Below, piece by piece: positions 27,145 to 40,749 of a DNA stretch of 64,000 nt (positions are counted from its first letter, which is position 1; each line of letters begins with the position of its first letter). The notes below the pieces were generated by a model that was not told the origin of the DNA, made no database searches, and saw only the letters and a list, made by a program, of their open reading frames with translations. The DNA is from Psammoneis japonica (Eukaryota), in NCBI GenBank assembly GCA_008632985.1, contig QPGO01000003.1:434001-498000 (forward strand). Direction: 5' to 3'. Made by a program: the position numbers and the translations under genes.

Positions 27145-30100
27145 ATGGACGAAGCGCAGCAACGGACCATATTGAGGAGTATTGCCGTATCCTCTGGTAG
27201 GATCGGCGGCTTTGTATCTCAACAAGACCGACAAGAGGCGTTTCGTATTTTAGAAGAGTTCAAGAAGTATGATGGAAGAATTCCGATTTGTATATCATGG
27301 CTCCATCAAGACCAACATGTTGTCGTTGTTGGCAACGACGGTGTGCGGGTTGATGTCACGGTTTCTACCAAGCTTTTTGTGTTGAGTGTGTTGCAGTCGT
27401 TTTGCTTGTCTGGGTATGCCAAATTGAATCCTCAAGATCGATTGTCGTTTCGGAATGCAGTTGTCACGTCAGCGAGACAATTGGCACCTTTTTCTTTGAC
27501 GGATGAGACACGGATTCTCGGCAACAAAATCGCATCTCTGTTGGCGGATCTTATGGTGAGAGATTTTCCTCAAAGATGGACGACCTTTTTCCAGGATCTT
27601 TATGTTCCCATCAATCCTAATGATAGCAACAGTGGTGGACTGTGGTGTGGGGATATCTCCACGGCGGCGGCAGTCATGGGTGTCAAGATGGGATTAGAAT
27701 GCATGAGACTTGTCACGGAGGACTGTACGGATAGCGATTTCAACTCGAAGATATCGACATCGAGACGAAACGATGTCTTGATTGGCTTAAATGAAGTATC
27801 TTCTCTTTTCCTTCCTCTCCTGTACTCACTCTTGGAGCAATACCCGACCTTGGTGAATTCAAAAGCTACGCTACACAACATGAGGGCGTTTCTAGCCAGC
27901 AACGGACGATCTTTATCACAGATGACAACGGAAGAGGCATCATCCTATCAAGCTGAACTGACAAAGTTTACTCAGACTGGGCGTCTTATTGCCGATTGCC
28001 TTGTTACATTGGAACGATTCTGTCGCTCGATGCCCATAGAGTGGATGTTGGGGAAAAACGGTGTTGATGGGACAGAGAATGATTTTGTGGCTGCCTTCTT
28101 ACATTTATTGCGAGAATCGTCGTCGTCTATTCAGATCCATGCAGTTGCCTGTTTGGAACAGCTTGCAACACGTAAATTGGATGCTCATGTATGGTGGTTT
28201 CGATTCGTTGCTACTTTGCCACAAGCTGTTGGTGAAGCGAATCAAGCAGCACAAATCGAACAAGAGTGGCTTCAAACAGAAAATGCGGTCAACGGGGCTC
28301 CCGCTACAAACCAAGCGGATCCTTTAACAGGTCAACTGGAATTCCATCGTGCATTGTCGAGAATGTTGGCTCTAATGATCTCGGCACACGTCGCGCATAT
28401 TACAATCGACAAACAAAGTATGAGTGGTCGCGGCGCTAAATTCCAAGCACTCTCTACCTTCATTCGACTCTTGGTAGATATGCTTCACCACCCCTCCGGA
28501 CGGATATGCAGTGAGCAAATCAACACATGGATTGCACTTTTACGTGATCCACAAATCGTCAAAACGAACATACTGACACCAGTCTTTCCAGAGATCCTTA
28601 CCTGTTACATGGACAAAGTGGTTCGATTTCGGTGGGAGAGTGTAGAGGAACAGACACATCCGCATGCCAGTTTGATGGAGGCCAGTTGGGATGACCAGGT
28701 ATGAATTTTGGGATTTTTGCATGATTCCACTCGCAAAATCGTAACCATTTCCCTACTTGTGTTTTGCAGGATGAATACGATGCTTGGTTGGGCGATCTAC
28801 GTTCCAAGAGCAGCCAGCTGTTCAAGTTTCTAAGCCACAGTGAACCAAAGATTGCAGCGTCTGTCCTTAATGATAGAGTACAGGCTCTATTCAATGCACA
28901 CGGCACGGGTGAGCCACTAAACTATCTTGATCCGAGCAACAACCAACTCACTCCAAAAAGTGAAGCTTGTCTTCAGTTTGAAGGAATATACCAACCTCTC
29001 GAAAATATACTGCACGGTATTCCTGAGTGGGCTTTACAACAAAATGGTGAAGCGGGGTCTGAGAGAGCAAGCGTAAGTCGAATCTGTCGTGAAGAATGTT
29101 TGAGAGTGTTGCGATCGCGTCTCATCGTTGAAGGCGCTCCAAAAACAATAGATCCAGGCTGCGGTACGGTCGTCCCTCTCTCAAATGGCAAACTGCATTG
29201 TAGCTTGGAACCCTGCTTATCTGTGGCTCAAATTTCGAAGAGCGAGTCTTTTAGAGGCCCTAAGGCATTACTGGAAACATGATCCTTCCACGCTCTTGTC
29301 AGGTGTGGATGCCTTGTTAGGTTACCTTAGCGCACCTGACGACTGGAAACAACCCGCGAGCAATAATCCAAATGATAGTAAGCAAATGAGTGGAGAAGTT
29401 ATTGGACTGAGAAAGAAAAGCGGAACTTCGTTGGTGGCGATCGCGAAGGTCGTCCCGCATCATCTTGTGCCTTGGTTATCACAACTTAGTGGAGCGACCA
29501 AGAATTTACTGTCATCACCAAACCTTCTCCAACCAAACCGCATGCACCTCTACGAGTTTCTGTCATGCGTTGCTACGGCCGTAACTGACCCGATTGCTCG
29601 CTCAAACTTCATCGCCGACGTCATGTCAGATGCATTGAACACCCTTGATTCCCCTGAAGTGGTTGACGGTATATCTTCCGTTGAACGCTTTTTGACAACA
29701 TTGGGGATTATGCAGGCTTCCAAATTTCCTTCAAGTGTCACTGACCCAGCCAATGTCAAGTCAGTCACAGCACAGTTTGTTCGATTGTTCTCGTCGATTA
29801 ACCAGTTGTTGTCCGTTGGAAAGCGCTGTCACGAGGCTTCACGGAAGGGGGGCAACGGCGGGATCCCACTTTTAGGATCGCCACTGGCTTTTGGAAGCTC
29901 GGTATCAGGCAAACAGAATTTCCCCGACGAAGGCCCTGTTAGCCTCAAAGACATCGCGGTAAACGACCCGTTTGTCCCACTGTGGCCCAGAATTCTTCCT
30001 AGGCTCCTGCAGGTTTTGGATGTGACGTTTAACGTGTGGCATCCAGAGGATCAAGCCGTCCTATTGTCTGATCCCATCCAACGCTACGCTTACGCGATTT

Positions 30101-31965
30101 CCGATGACGAAGCATACTTGTCAAAGCAGCACGATAATAAATCGGGTGGCGTCTTTGGCGCAGGAGGGACTGCGGGAAGCGTTGTGGCCGGATATGACCG
30201 AAGGGATACGAATCTTGCTCCTAAATGGAGTGGTTGGTTCAATGAATTGCGCAATACGTGCCTACAAATGCTAGGGTTGGTTGCAGGGCAAAGGGCACTT
30301 TTTGCTCCAGAACTGGCAGGCATCTTTCCTCGATTGGTGCAAGTTATTGCTAACACTGCTCACCTCCAGGCGATGGAACACAGACACTTGACGCAATTCA
30401 TGAAACAGTTTGTCGAAATATTACTTCTGAGTTGTCCGTCAACAATGTACGCTACTCATCTTGCCCCAATTCTCAGCCCGGTATTCGAGCATATGCAGTA
30501 TCGACTGCAGAGTTCTTGGGCTCCTCTGATAGCCCCAAACTCAAATGCGGAGCCACCGAAGGCGTTGGTGTCGGCTGAATGCGGCACGGCGGCTGCGTTA
30601 GCATCACGGGGAGGAGAGGAATGGTTCGCATCTTACTACGCTCGTGCCGGTCTTTTCGTTGGTGACCTAGACCCCGTTACTGGGGAAGCAGTGTTGGAAA
30701 AGCACCGAGTCGATCTCAGTCGAGTCTTTAGTGACGTCCTGCAGTCAGCCCTTGCGCTGAAAGGCGATTGGTGCGTTTGTCGGACGATCTTGTAAACTCT
30801 CTACTTTGTGGTGTCTACTCAAATTATTTGCATTTTATCATTTCTTCCATAGGGCTCTTGTACTCGCCAACCAAGCGAAGGAAGAACAGGCCTCGAAAAG
30901 AAATGACCCCTCGATGCTTAGCACGGGTCCTCGGAGTCGCCTTGGTACTGGGCAGAAAGTGAACGCGGATGGAACGCCAAGGGCGGAGAATCAGGAGGCG
31001 ATTGATGCCCGAAAGCGTCTTAGAATTTCTGCAATGTCTCATTTTTTATTCTTGGAGCATGAGGGACTAGCAGGTAGCCTCACGGTGACGATCATTCAGG
31101 TACGAACTATTAGAGTGTTGTTGTCTCTTTGGAATGAAGCTTTGCTTACACGCTTGTTTGGCTACAACAGTGCCTAGGATATCCCGATGCGTATACTTGT
31201 CGCCGGTGCACAAAGATTGGGCATCGAATCATTGAGACTGTGGCATGGTCTCCACGATATGCGCAGCTACTTGGCCACGAGATGTTCTTGGCCACAGTGA
31301 AGAATATAGTGACGGAACCAAAATGGATGGTCGGAATCGAGTGGGATATGATTAATTTGCTTCGTGACATTTACTGCCGCTTGGTGCTTGGGCAGACACT
31401 ACAGCCTGGAGGACAAGGCCCAGGTCTACAGCAGCCTCGCGATCCCCGTAACCCATCTCAGTTCGAACAAGCAAAGACGGCGGAATCGCCGCTGCAAGGT
31501 GGTGGAATACTTGTCACCCCGAGTGACTTTCCGCACCAAATTCTGGCGAATCTCCCCGGGGTTGGAGTTGAGGCAGTGAAAATACTTGACAAGGACATGG
31601 CGTCAAAACGGGCGGCAAAGGACCAGGTGAGACCTGTATGGATTCCATTCATCGTCGTACACACCGCCACGTACTGAAGCATACTTATACGTTTGAGTTT
31701 TTGTATACAGAAAGACTTTCTTCGCGATTTGCTTCGAGTTGCGGCCGAGAATTCAAAACTCCATGAAACGAGCGAATCGGGCGGAGCCGCCGGTAGCATC
31801 TTTGATCGCGCAGTTGCTGCGGAGTCCCTTCTCAACCAGAAGGTGTCCAAGGCAGCGGTACCTGATATCCCTGAGAAGCTTGTGACTGTAAGCATGATTC
31901 GAAAAAAAGAAAAAGGCAATGATGATGAGGACGGACCTCAAGGACTTGCGGCGTTTCAATTTTGA
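27145..31965 (+). CDS. XPO5: Exportin-5 / HASTY-like karyopherin-beta
   Basis: Exons about 27145-28698, 28770-29072, 29152-30770, 30853-31099, 31171-31626 and 31711-31965 with GT-AG introns. Importin-beta/Xpo1 motifs RQEAFRILEEFK, LMVRDFPQRW, RRNDVLIGLNE and YPDAYTCRRC. Confidence 0.78.
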
Positions 31966-32038
31966 TTTGCGACAATACCGGTAATAGAAAATAGAAGGGA
32001 CTGCTAATATCAGCATACTGGTTGCTGTTTGAACCTAT

Positions 32039-33127
32039 TTATTTGATGTCTGACCATGGCGTCGTAGGGTCATTCAGGATCGACTCCAAACCCTCGCGAA
32101 AGGTCGGATACTTCAGCCCACCACCATCATCCAGTAGCTCTGTATGCATGCGTCGGTTCGAAACTCGTTTCTGATCTGCGCCTCGTCTCCTCGAGCGTTC
32201 CGTCCGTGTAGAATCGTTTTTGTTGGTATTACTAGTAATGGAGACGCCATGACTGCGCAGTAGGTGTGAAGCGTGTTGCATCACCTTCGATCGAGTTGCT
32301 GGTTCATCGTCGCTGAGGTTGAAAACTCGGTGATCCAGAGTACGCGAGGAATCATCACAATGTTTCATCATTGCTGATACAATGGCACGGGCAATGTCAA
32401 CCTCATGAATTCGATTCGTCATGCCGCCTTCCTTTAAAGGTGTCGCGTTTTCTGGATTGTATCCCTTCTTGTACACGGTGTGCAAAGCTGATCGTTGAGG
32501 ACCATAAATTCCAGCACACCGAAAAATAAACAAGGTCCATCCATTAGCTGCAGCTCGTCGTCGCCACGCGTCTTCTGCGTCCCGATATATCGCAGCCTGC
32601 GTATTCTCTCGGCACTGCAAGGAAGATTCCTCGGTTACCCACGCCCCATCATGATTGCCATACACACCCGTTGTAGACACGAATCCCACCCAGGCATTTC
32701 GTCCTAGAAGTACCTCCATATCTGAATAGACAGCCTCTAGGCACAAATCGTTGAGCTGCGGTGGAATAGTGATTAACACGTGAGTGCAGAGAGGCAGAAT
32801 TTGACGAATGTTGTCTCGTGAGAATACTATCTTTTGAAGATCTCCCGCATTATCTTCTTGTGGAGCACTACGGACAGTTCCAAACACTTGTTCAAAGTCT
32901 CTTCTTTGGATGTCCTTGTCTTGTTTTGAATGCAATAACGCTTGACGAGCCACGGCTTGACCTACAGGTCCGAGACCCAACACCAACAATAAGCGACGTG
33001 GCGGGGCACGCGAGGAGAGTGCCGACGAGACACTACAGCAGCACACCAACAATAACAGGAAGAAAGGTGTGACAACAAAACAGACAATGGATGTATGATT
33101 CTTCCAAGCCATGTTTTTCATAAGCAT
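32039..33127 (-). CDS. NAD-dependent epimerase/dehydratase (atypical SDR, YeeZ-like) with N-terminal targeting peptide
   Basis: GLGPVG Rossmann motif; STTGVYGNHDGAWVTEES, FRCAGIYGP, TNRIHEVDIA, KRVSNRRM, LKYPTFREGL. Confidence 0.88.
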   Translation of the reverse strand: MLMKNMAWKNHTSIVCFVVTPFFLLLLVCCCSVSSALSSRAPPRRLLLVLGLGPVGQAVARQALLHSKQDKDIQRRDFEQVFGTVRSAPQEDNAGDLQKIVFSRDNIRQILPLCTHVLITIPPQLNDLCLEAVYSDMEVLLGRNAWVGFVSTTGVYGNHDGAWVTEESSLQCRENTQAAIYRDAEDAWRRRAAANGWTLFIFRCAGIYGPQRSALHTVYKKGYNPENATPLKEGGMTNRIHEVDIARAIVSAMMKHCDDSSRTLDHRVFNLSDDEPATRSKVMQHASHLLRSHGVSITSNTNKNDSTRTERSRRRGADQKRVSNRRMHTELLDDGGGLKYPTFREGLESILNDPTTPWSDIK

Positions 33128-33425
33128 GTGTTGGTGCCATTAAGTTCTCACGCCATTAACATTTTTCAGAGGTCTGCAACTTGGGAGTGGAGTCGTGAAC
33201 CGCGATCACAGCAGCCGTTTGGTTAGATTTTTTTAAATCAAAATATCAAAGATTCTGAATTCCTCATTCCTCATTACTCCCAATGGTCCGTTGTGCGAAC
33301 AGTACAAAATCGGTGTAGAAATCCACGTAAAAAATCAACTGCGACTGTAGTACCGGCCCCGAGCATGAAAATGACGGCAACAGCAGCGGCGACGACAAGG
33401 CAAACACAACAATAGAGGAGACACC

Positions 33426-36400
33426 ATGAGCCCTCCAACGGCACAGCGGAGTTATGGAGTGACACGAGGGCCTCTCTGGAGACAAACTGCAACGTTCTCT
33501 GACACTTCTACAGTGCGTATAATATGATGGGATGATTTTTTCACGGTATTCTAGTTGTCGTGTGCTGCAGTGTCTCATATGCTTTCTGTTTTTTTTCCAT
33601 TCTACCTATTTTATGTATATTCAACAGGACCGTCGTAGCTTTGAATTCTCTGTTTTAATTGGAAACACATTGACGAGTTACTCTGATTCTTTGGCGTATG
33701 AGAGAGGCGATCATCCGACTGTGAGTAGTATTCGCACACTGTGGTTCGTGCTTGCTATTATGTAGAGGCATGCGTTGTTCTCATTGTGTTTTTCAACTTC
33801 TTTCCTAAATATTCAGTCATTTCTTCGGATTGTTGGAGCGAGTGCATGGAATCCACAGAGTTCCAAGGACTTATCCGCAGAAACGACCTTTCGGGTACGT
33901 TCAGGTTCACAATAAGCCATTGCTCCTCTTTGTTGTACTTTTTTATGTGTCTCACACGTCTCATTACGTTCCTGTTTCTTTTTCGACTCTATAGTTGGTG
34001 ACGTTTCAGGGGACTCAAATTTACTGCACCGCCCCGTCTTGTCAGGATCGAGACTTGTGGCTTGCAGCACTTCATGCGGGTCTCGAGGCGAGCTACTCGT
34101 GCGCCGATGAGGAGAGCAACAAGCCTCTGCTGAAATCTCCGTCTCCAGAAAAGAAGGAAAGCAATAAGAGATCCTTGTTTCGATCGGAAAAGGAAGTGTT
34201 TTGTCAGAGCTGTGGCAAAAAGGATGGAGAAGAAAAGTCACTTGTGCAGACAAGCTCTTGTCCATTGTTTCAATATGGGATGGAATCGCGATGCGATTTG
34301 TGTCTCGAGTGTTTGAATGGTCAGGGTTTGTGTTTTCACGTTCAAACGCTCTGTGACTTGTATGCCAGTGAGATTCATGAACGATCGACATTGGCAACCG
34401 CTCGAGATATTGCGCTAAAGGTTGTTTGGGAGGCTAGTCCTGAAGGGGAGAAACAACCGAGAGACAGTCATAGCGGCACGTCTAGTAGCGAAGATACAAA
34501 CGCAGCAAACAGTGCAGACCAGTCGTCGTGGACGCAGGTTGGATCGGACGGGAGTGCAACAGAAGACACGGAGAACCGCAACATGGCGGGCTCTTGGATG
34601 GGAGTCGATCCACCATCTCACACGTCGGAACAGCGATGGATTGACATCCCCCCCACCGAGGCGTCGACCTCGGCCTTGATGGATTTGATGAAATCCGTAA
34701 AGTTTGTTTCGTATCGGAAAATGTGTCCCACCTTGGATAAGACGTGTCGTTCCATGGAGGCTGGAGAGATTGGGTGCGCGGCGGAATTCTTTGAAGCACT
34801 CGATGAAGCTTCCGGATTCTCAAAGGGTGACGACATGGGTGCGCTCAAAATGGAGGCATTGAGTGTAGCCGGTGATATGGGAACCGCTATGAAACTCATT
34901 CATGACAATGCTCTACCGGAAGAGCCGGGAGAGCACCCCACAGAAATGCTCAGCTGTCTATTGGAATTCCTATTGGACCTTTGTGACAACGGCGAACTGG
35001 CCTCCATGGCGTTCTTTTGGCCCCAGTTGCAACGCATCCACTTGAGAATGCTCCCACCGACAAACGCCAATGAATTGGCCCGGGTGGAGTTGCTTGAAGA
35101 TTTTCTCTTGACCATTAGCACGAGGTACTCTATACATCTGGCAATTGAACTTGCTTGGGGATATGTGGGCGATCTAGAGGACAGTCTGAACAATGCCAAC
35201 GCGTCGCCCGAGTGTAGACGGCGGCGGTTTGCAGTGACGAGGTTCCTATGTGAGCTCGAGTCACTTGTCTTTGATTTCGATAAAGGATGGGGTGGTGGAA
35301 GTGTAAGCTTGAGAGGAATGCTTTTTCCCAGTGAGCATCAGAGCATCTTGGTGCGAGAGGGTATGGAATGCTTGCAAGAACATCGCAAATCGAGATCACC
35401 AAGCCCTTGCCTCTCACGTTCTGCGAGAATGGATAAGCTGAAGAAGGATTCTCTAAAGTTTTCGAAACCTCCCGAAGAAGCAGCGCAAGAGGCATTGCGT
35501 ATCACGAGCAATGCTGACTACTTTAGCTCTCACATTTCGTTTACCCGGAGGCTTGGTGAAATTGCGGAGAAGCTGCGTTTCATGGATCAGAGCGTGCGGG
35601 CCTCTGCTCTAGAGCGAGAATTAGATCTCTTGAATTCTTCTGGTAGTATGGGTGGAGATCCTTTGAATCGAGTTCTCGACAAGGGGTTGATGCGTGTCGT
35701 ACGTGTTCCCCGTGGGGAGGGGCATGTGTTTCGTAGTAAGGAGCGTACTCCTGTTTTGCTGCTCATGGAAGTTGTAACGGAGGGCGTTGAGGATATGGAG
35801 GAATTTGAAGAAGAAACCATTGAGCCTAAAATGCTTTACCCCAATGTGGAAGAGAAAGAAGAGAGGCGCGCAGCTGATTACATTGAGCAGGGCAAAAGGG
35901 ACGCAGGAGAGAAAGGAGTTATCGACCCAGCCGAGGCCAAGACAGAAGCGGCTGAGGAGGAAGAGACAGAGGGCAAAGAAGAAGAACCTGACGCGTCTGA
36001 GGCCGAGGAGAAGCCGAGCGAGGAGGAAGCGATGGAGCATGGAGATGAAGATCCTGACGCTTTGATTCCTGTCAGCGACGACGATGTGAAAGGAGAAGAC
36101 GAAGCAAATAAGGGTGGTCCATCTTCTCCGATTTCTCAGACAAATCCAGAAGAAGGAACTCCATCTGATGGTTCAAAAGAAGTGGATGGCAAAGATGACT
36201 TCGAAGGCAAAGCAATCGAACCGTCAGATGCGGACGAGGGTAACAGTCGATCTACTGCTTCACACGGTTCGGCGGATGACGACGAAAAGTCGGTGGAAGC
36301 AGGCTCCGAGCAAGGTGATTCAAACAAAGACTGTGAAAGTGTCGAGCCAGACTCTCCGGATGATGGTAAAGGGGGAGGGCTTCAAATCACGGCCGAAGGA

Positions 36401-39140
36401 AGCAAGCCGTTGACTCCTAGGAAACAAAGGCGTAAGTGGTCGGGACCAATCGGGTCGTATTTGCTCCATGGATTCTCACCTTAAGTGCATTATTGTGTCT
36501 ATACTATTCCGATCTCTTCTGATACCGTAGATGCCCTTGGAGCGCTTAAACGATTTGAGAGCCCAGTCGCTCCTCTCCCCGAAAGCTCTTCTCCCACGAG
36601 CGAGAAGTCCGATACGGAGGATCTTATTTCTAACACGGATCATGAGCTTGATTTGCCCGGCCTGGACGAAGACGAAGACAAGGTAAAACCAGCTTCGACG
36701 ACCGACTCTAAAACAAGAATTCAAGGTGATAAACAGGGCAAAGGCTCGGTGGATGCATCAGGAGACGACGAAGAGAGTTTGGAAGCATTACCCAACCTGC
36801 CTGATAATCGAGCGTCTCCCACGAGGAAAGGCACGCCGACTCGTAGGATGTCGGCTTTTGGCTCAATTAGTTCTCTCGGCGACATGAACGATGCGACCTC
36901 CGCTGCCAATGACGATATTCGTCGTGAGGTACTTGCAACGATTATGGTCAAGGGTACGGGCGGCAAACACGTCATTGCACGGGGTGCAGCGGAAGAAGCG
37001 CGGAGGAGTCTACAAGCCCTCGACAGAAAACGCGCGGTAAATCTCATCCTCGATAGTGAAGGATTCAAAATTGATTCTGGCGATAGCGAGACAGAGAGTG
37101 AGACGGCTAGAATGGAATCCGCGAGAACGCAGATGGCATTGTCTCTTGGAGTCGATAGCTCCGACATTGAGATTTCGCAGCAACTTGGGATGGTGCCTCC
37201 CAGCGAAGAAGATGAGGCAATGGAATCGCTCCGCCTTCTCTTGATTCAGAACCGTGTCGCTCAAGGCACTTTAAGTGCAGAGAAGGCTGCGCTGACTTTG
37301 GCGCCTGTTCGAGGCGCCTCACTGAATCAAATCAACCCGAAGTTAGAAGGCAACTTCATGGTAGACGACAGTGACGCCCCACAGATAGACGCCGGTGATG
37401 TTGATCCTCGTTTGGCTGGCTGCGGAGCGCTACCTCCTGCGGTACTCTCTGCACTTGTTTTATATAAGGGTGGTAGGTGATGTTTAGTGTTTCGATGTTT
37501 CTTGATCGACGCGCACCCTAATCGCTTCTTTGATTTGTTGAACGCAGAGATGTGCAGCCACGCAGAGCTTCTAGAAATTGTCAAGAAGGATATCCAGCAC
37601 TCCGTGAACACAACGAACACTACCAAGTTAATCGAGGATTCCGCGTTCTGGGGTAAGTCTAAGGCACGCACACTGGATTGTTCTACATTCTCCTCCTTGT
37701 TTTCATAACTTTTTGCACTGCCACGGTATAGGTCGGTTTGCTTTTGGTGAACGTTGGGCGGAGAAAAAGGCGCGTCTAGCTGCATCTAGTCCGAAGGGCG
37801 TGATGAAAGGTTGGGATCTCTTGGGCATAATCGTTAAGAGTAATGATGACTTGAGACAGGAGGTAAGAATGGTGGAGCCGCTGGTTGCATTTCTGTCCCT
37901 TATATCGACCTTTGCGCTCAACTCATTAATTGTACTCTTGTTCTTTTGTAAGGCATTTGTTATGCAATTAATTGACTTATGCCAAGAGGCGTTCGATCTC
38001 GCAGGTTTGGATGAGCTATGGCTTCACCCCTACCGCATCATTAGCTCCGGAAGAACGACCGGTGAGTTCCATTTTGACCGTGAGACGATGCTCTTTGCTC
38101 GACAACAGCTCTTGCTTACCTTTCTCACACTCATCTTGCATAGGCATTATCGAGATGGTTCGAAATGCAATGTCATTTGACGCCCTGAAGAAGCGCCCGG
38201 GCTATCAGGGAAGGCTACGTGGGCATTTGAAGAAAATGTGTGAATTTGCAAAGTCTCCTTCGGAATCCTTTCATTCGATGCAGCACAATTTTGTGCGCTC
38301 TCTGGCCTCGTACAGTGTTTTGTCGCACCTCTTTATGTTTAAGGATCGTCACAACGGAAACATGCTACTCGATACCGCTGGCCATGTAATTCGTAAGTGC
38401 GCACTGTTGCGGTTTGCTTTTTGGCACTCTACGTGCAATATCTCATGCTTCGCAATTACTGTATTGCAGATATTGATTTCGGTTTTGTCTTTGGAGTAGC
38501 ACCAGGCGGTAAGTCCTCAAAGGATGACTCAAATTGATACAGTGATCTGTCATCCATGAAGCATGTGATAGCTCACAGATCTTCATGTTTTTCCGTTGCA
38601 GGCTCGTTCAGTCTAGAGTTGTCGACACCTTTCAAGCTGACCGAGGATATGGTGGACGTGATGGGTGGACTTGGTTCGCCCTACTTTTCCGAATTTGTCA
38701 CCCTTTTTTGTTGTGGATTTCTGGCGCTACAGGCCTATGCCGATACATTCCTGACGATTGTGGATATTACGTGTCGTGGCTCGTCCTTCAAATGCTTTGA
38801 AGGGAGGGACCCCGAAGAGATTGTGGAAAGTGTAAGTTATAAAGTGCTGCATGTATTTTTGAGAAATGCCCCTGCCTCATCTTTACGTTTTGCTGCTCAA
38901 TCGGAACAGCTGAGAGATCGTTTCAAATTAGATCTGAATCGACAGGAAACGGTGACTCATTGTCTGGATATAATTTACCAAGCGGTGTCTAGGTAGGTTT
39001 GTTGGTGCGCTGTGGCTTTGGCCATTGACGTGTTGAGTTCACAATACTTATTTTTACCTTGCTTTCGTCGTGTCTTAAACAGTTACGGCACAAAACAGTA
39101 CGACTACTTTCAGTACCTGTCACAAGGAATTGCAACGTAG
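33426..39140 (+). CDS. Phosphatidylinositol 4-kinase III beta (Pik1-like) with an N-terminal PH domain and a long acidic insert
   Basis: In-frame exons 33426-33512, 33628-33720, 33817-33894 and 33995 onward. Motifs FFWPQL, VFRSKERTPVLLLMEV, FGERWAEKKARL, IVKSNDDLRQE, KDRHNGNMLLD, HIDFGF, PFKLT, and a final TKQYDYFQYLSQGIAT with stop at 39140. Confidence 0.88.
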
Positions 39141-39264
39141 TTGCTTATTGGTCTCGCGTCTGCCTTGATGATCCCGTGTCAGGAGATTGGTCAAAATGCA
39201 TTAGATAATAAATTTGTTTTATGGCGTTACTTGCTTCTTACTATGTCTAAAGGAACATTCTCGT

Positions 39265-40455
39265 TCATTGGACAGCAGTCGATAGCTTTGCTAGACAGAG
39301 AGTGACTTCGTTCTTGTTGTTGAAAAAGTGTTTGGAACGAATGGCAAAGCCATACCTGTCGGCATCATTTTCGGCTGCTCGTAGTGCTTCCCAATCCACG
39401 TTGCCTTGAAACTTCATGGTGACAATCAATCGGTTTGCCCATGCTGGTTCAGAACCACACCATTTCTTGAGTAACTCCCGTACTCGTTCCGGGTATGCAA
39501 TAACGTCCGACACCATCCATTCCACAGGAAGCTCGTTTGGTTGAAATGCAAAGGCGTCACCTTTGACAAAATGCACCATTGGATCCTTCATGAGTGATGT
39601 TTCCAGTTCACTCCGATCGACGGCTGTCACAGAGCATCCATAACGAAGACGAATCGCCTTGGTCCATCCTCCAGGACACGCTCCAAGATCTACAATATGA
39701 TCCGTAGCACGGGGTTCCACCTCGATGCAAGCAAACGCTTCCAACAACTTTCGATAGGCAGACGATGGCATTTTTTGGGAAATGTCCACGTTTGCTGCAA
39801 GACCGGCAGGATGTGACCAACACGGCCAAGTCCCGCCGACTGCAAGCTTTGTGCATTGGTCAAGTGAAACAATCATTTTCTCGGGTTCCAACAAGAGTAT
39901 CTGTAGCAACCATGGATTTGTTGGCATCCGAGAGGACAACACCTCCTTGTTATTGTTGCTTGGTCTCGCACATGCAAATCGTTTCCTAAGCGTCGATTGT
40001 ATTTTTTCCTTGACAAGTTGTGCTCTTTTAGCCATTTTTGGTTTTGGATTTCCCTTGAGCATGTCTGGAACAAGACACTGTATTTGTAAGGATCCTCGGG
40101 GACTTGATAACAGTTCTTCAAGCGTGGTTGGATTATTGTCGTCACTTGGTCCCAATAACAATCCCAATGCATCCTGTGCGTTTCGTGCCAATTCATTGAC
40201 AGACACACCCGAAACCGTTATAGCATTTGGAATCACTTGCAAGGCATAGGTCGGATCCAAATGGCAATCCAACAGACCTGATGGTTGCTTTACTACTGGA
40301 ACACCAACCAACCCCGGTCGCAACACGTTGGCACCTATAATTCCTGATAGAGCCAATTCCTGCGTCAAGGTGTTTTCGTACGTGTGGCGACACGTAAAAT
40401 ACCACCACGGTGATCGTGATGCAAGGAGTTTGACTGAGGACAGTAACAGCATCAT
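39265..40455 (-). CDS. RlmM/FtsJ-family rRNA 2'-O-ribose methyltransferase, probably organelle-targeted
   Basis: PSSAYRKLLEAF, VDLGACPGGWT, VTAVDR, GDAFAFQP, WMVSDVIAYP, TMKF and NKNEVT give the K-D-K-E tetrad; intronless. Confidence 0.82.
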   Translation of the reverse strand: MMLLLSSVKLLASRSPWWYFTCRHTYENTLTQELALSGIIGANVLRPGLVGVPVVKQPSGLLDCHLDPTYALQVIPNAITVSGVSVNELARNAQDALGLLLGPSDDNNPTTLEELLSSPRGSLQIQCLVPDMLKGNPKPKMAKRAQLVKEKIQSTLRKRFACARPSNNNKEVLSSRMPTNPWLLQILLLEPEKMIVSLDQCTKLAVGGTWPCWSHPAGLAANVDISQKMPSSAYRKLLEAFACIEVEPRATDHIVDLGACPGGWTKAIRLRYGCSVTAVDRSELETSLMKDPMVHFVKGDAFAFQPNELPVEWMVSDVIAYPERVRELLKKWCGSEPAWANRLIVTMKFQGNVDWEALRAAENDADRYGFAIRSKHFFNNKNEVTLCLAKLSTAVQ

Positions 40456-40600
40456 AGAGTCTAGTCCAGCATTATGTGAGATTGTTGATGAGTGTCAAGT
40501 TGAAAAGTGATGGGTGATGCATCATGGTTTGCTTATTGGGGCAATACTCCTCGTGTTGATGGAGGGAATCCTGTTTCAAAATAAAATGCTGTATCCATTC

Positions 40601-40658
40601 TGATGACGTGTCATCAAATCATGAGTGGATCTGAAATTTTGGATTCCATCACTGACGT
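40601..40658. promoter_or_regulatory. Two TGACGT(G) bZIP/aureochrome-type motifs in a divergent promoter
   Basis: TGATGACGTGTCATCA (inverted repeat, 40601-40616) and TGACGT at 40653-40658, within the 294-bp gap between the divergent RlmM-like and GST genes. Confidence 0.3.
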
Positions 40659-40749
40659 GTTGGCGGCAGAAAACAGACAACAGAAAATCAACCATGATGA
40701 TCCGATGAAGAAGTGGCCGGTCTGATTCATTCAAAACGCACCGCAGACA

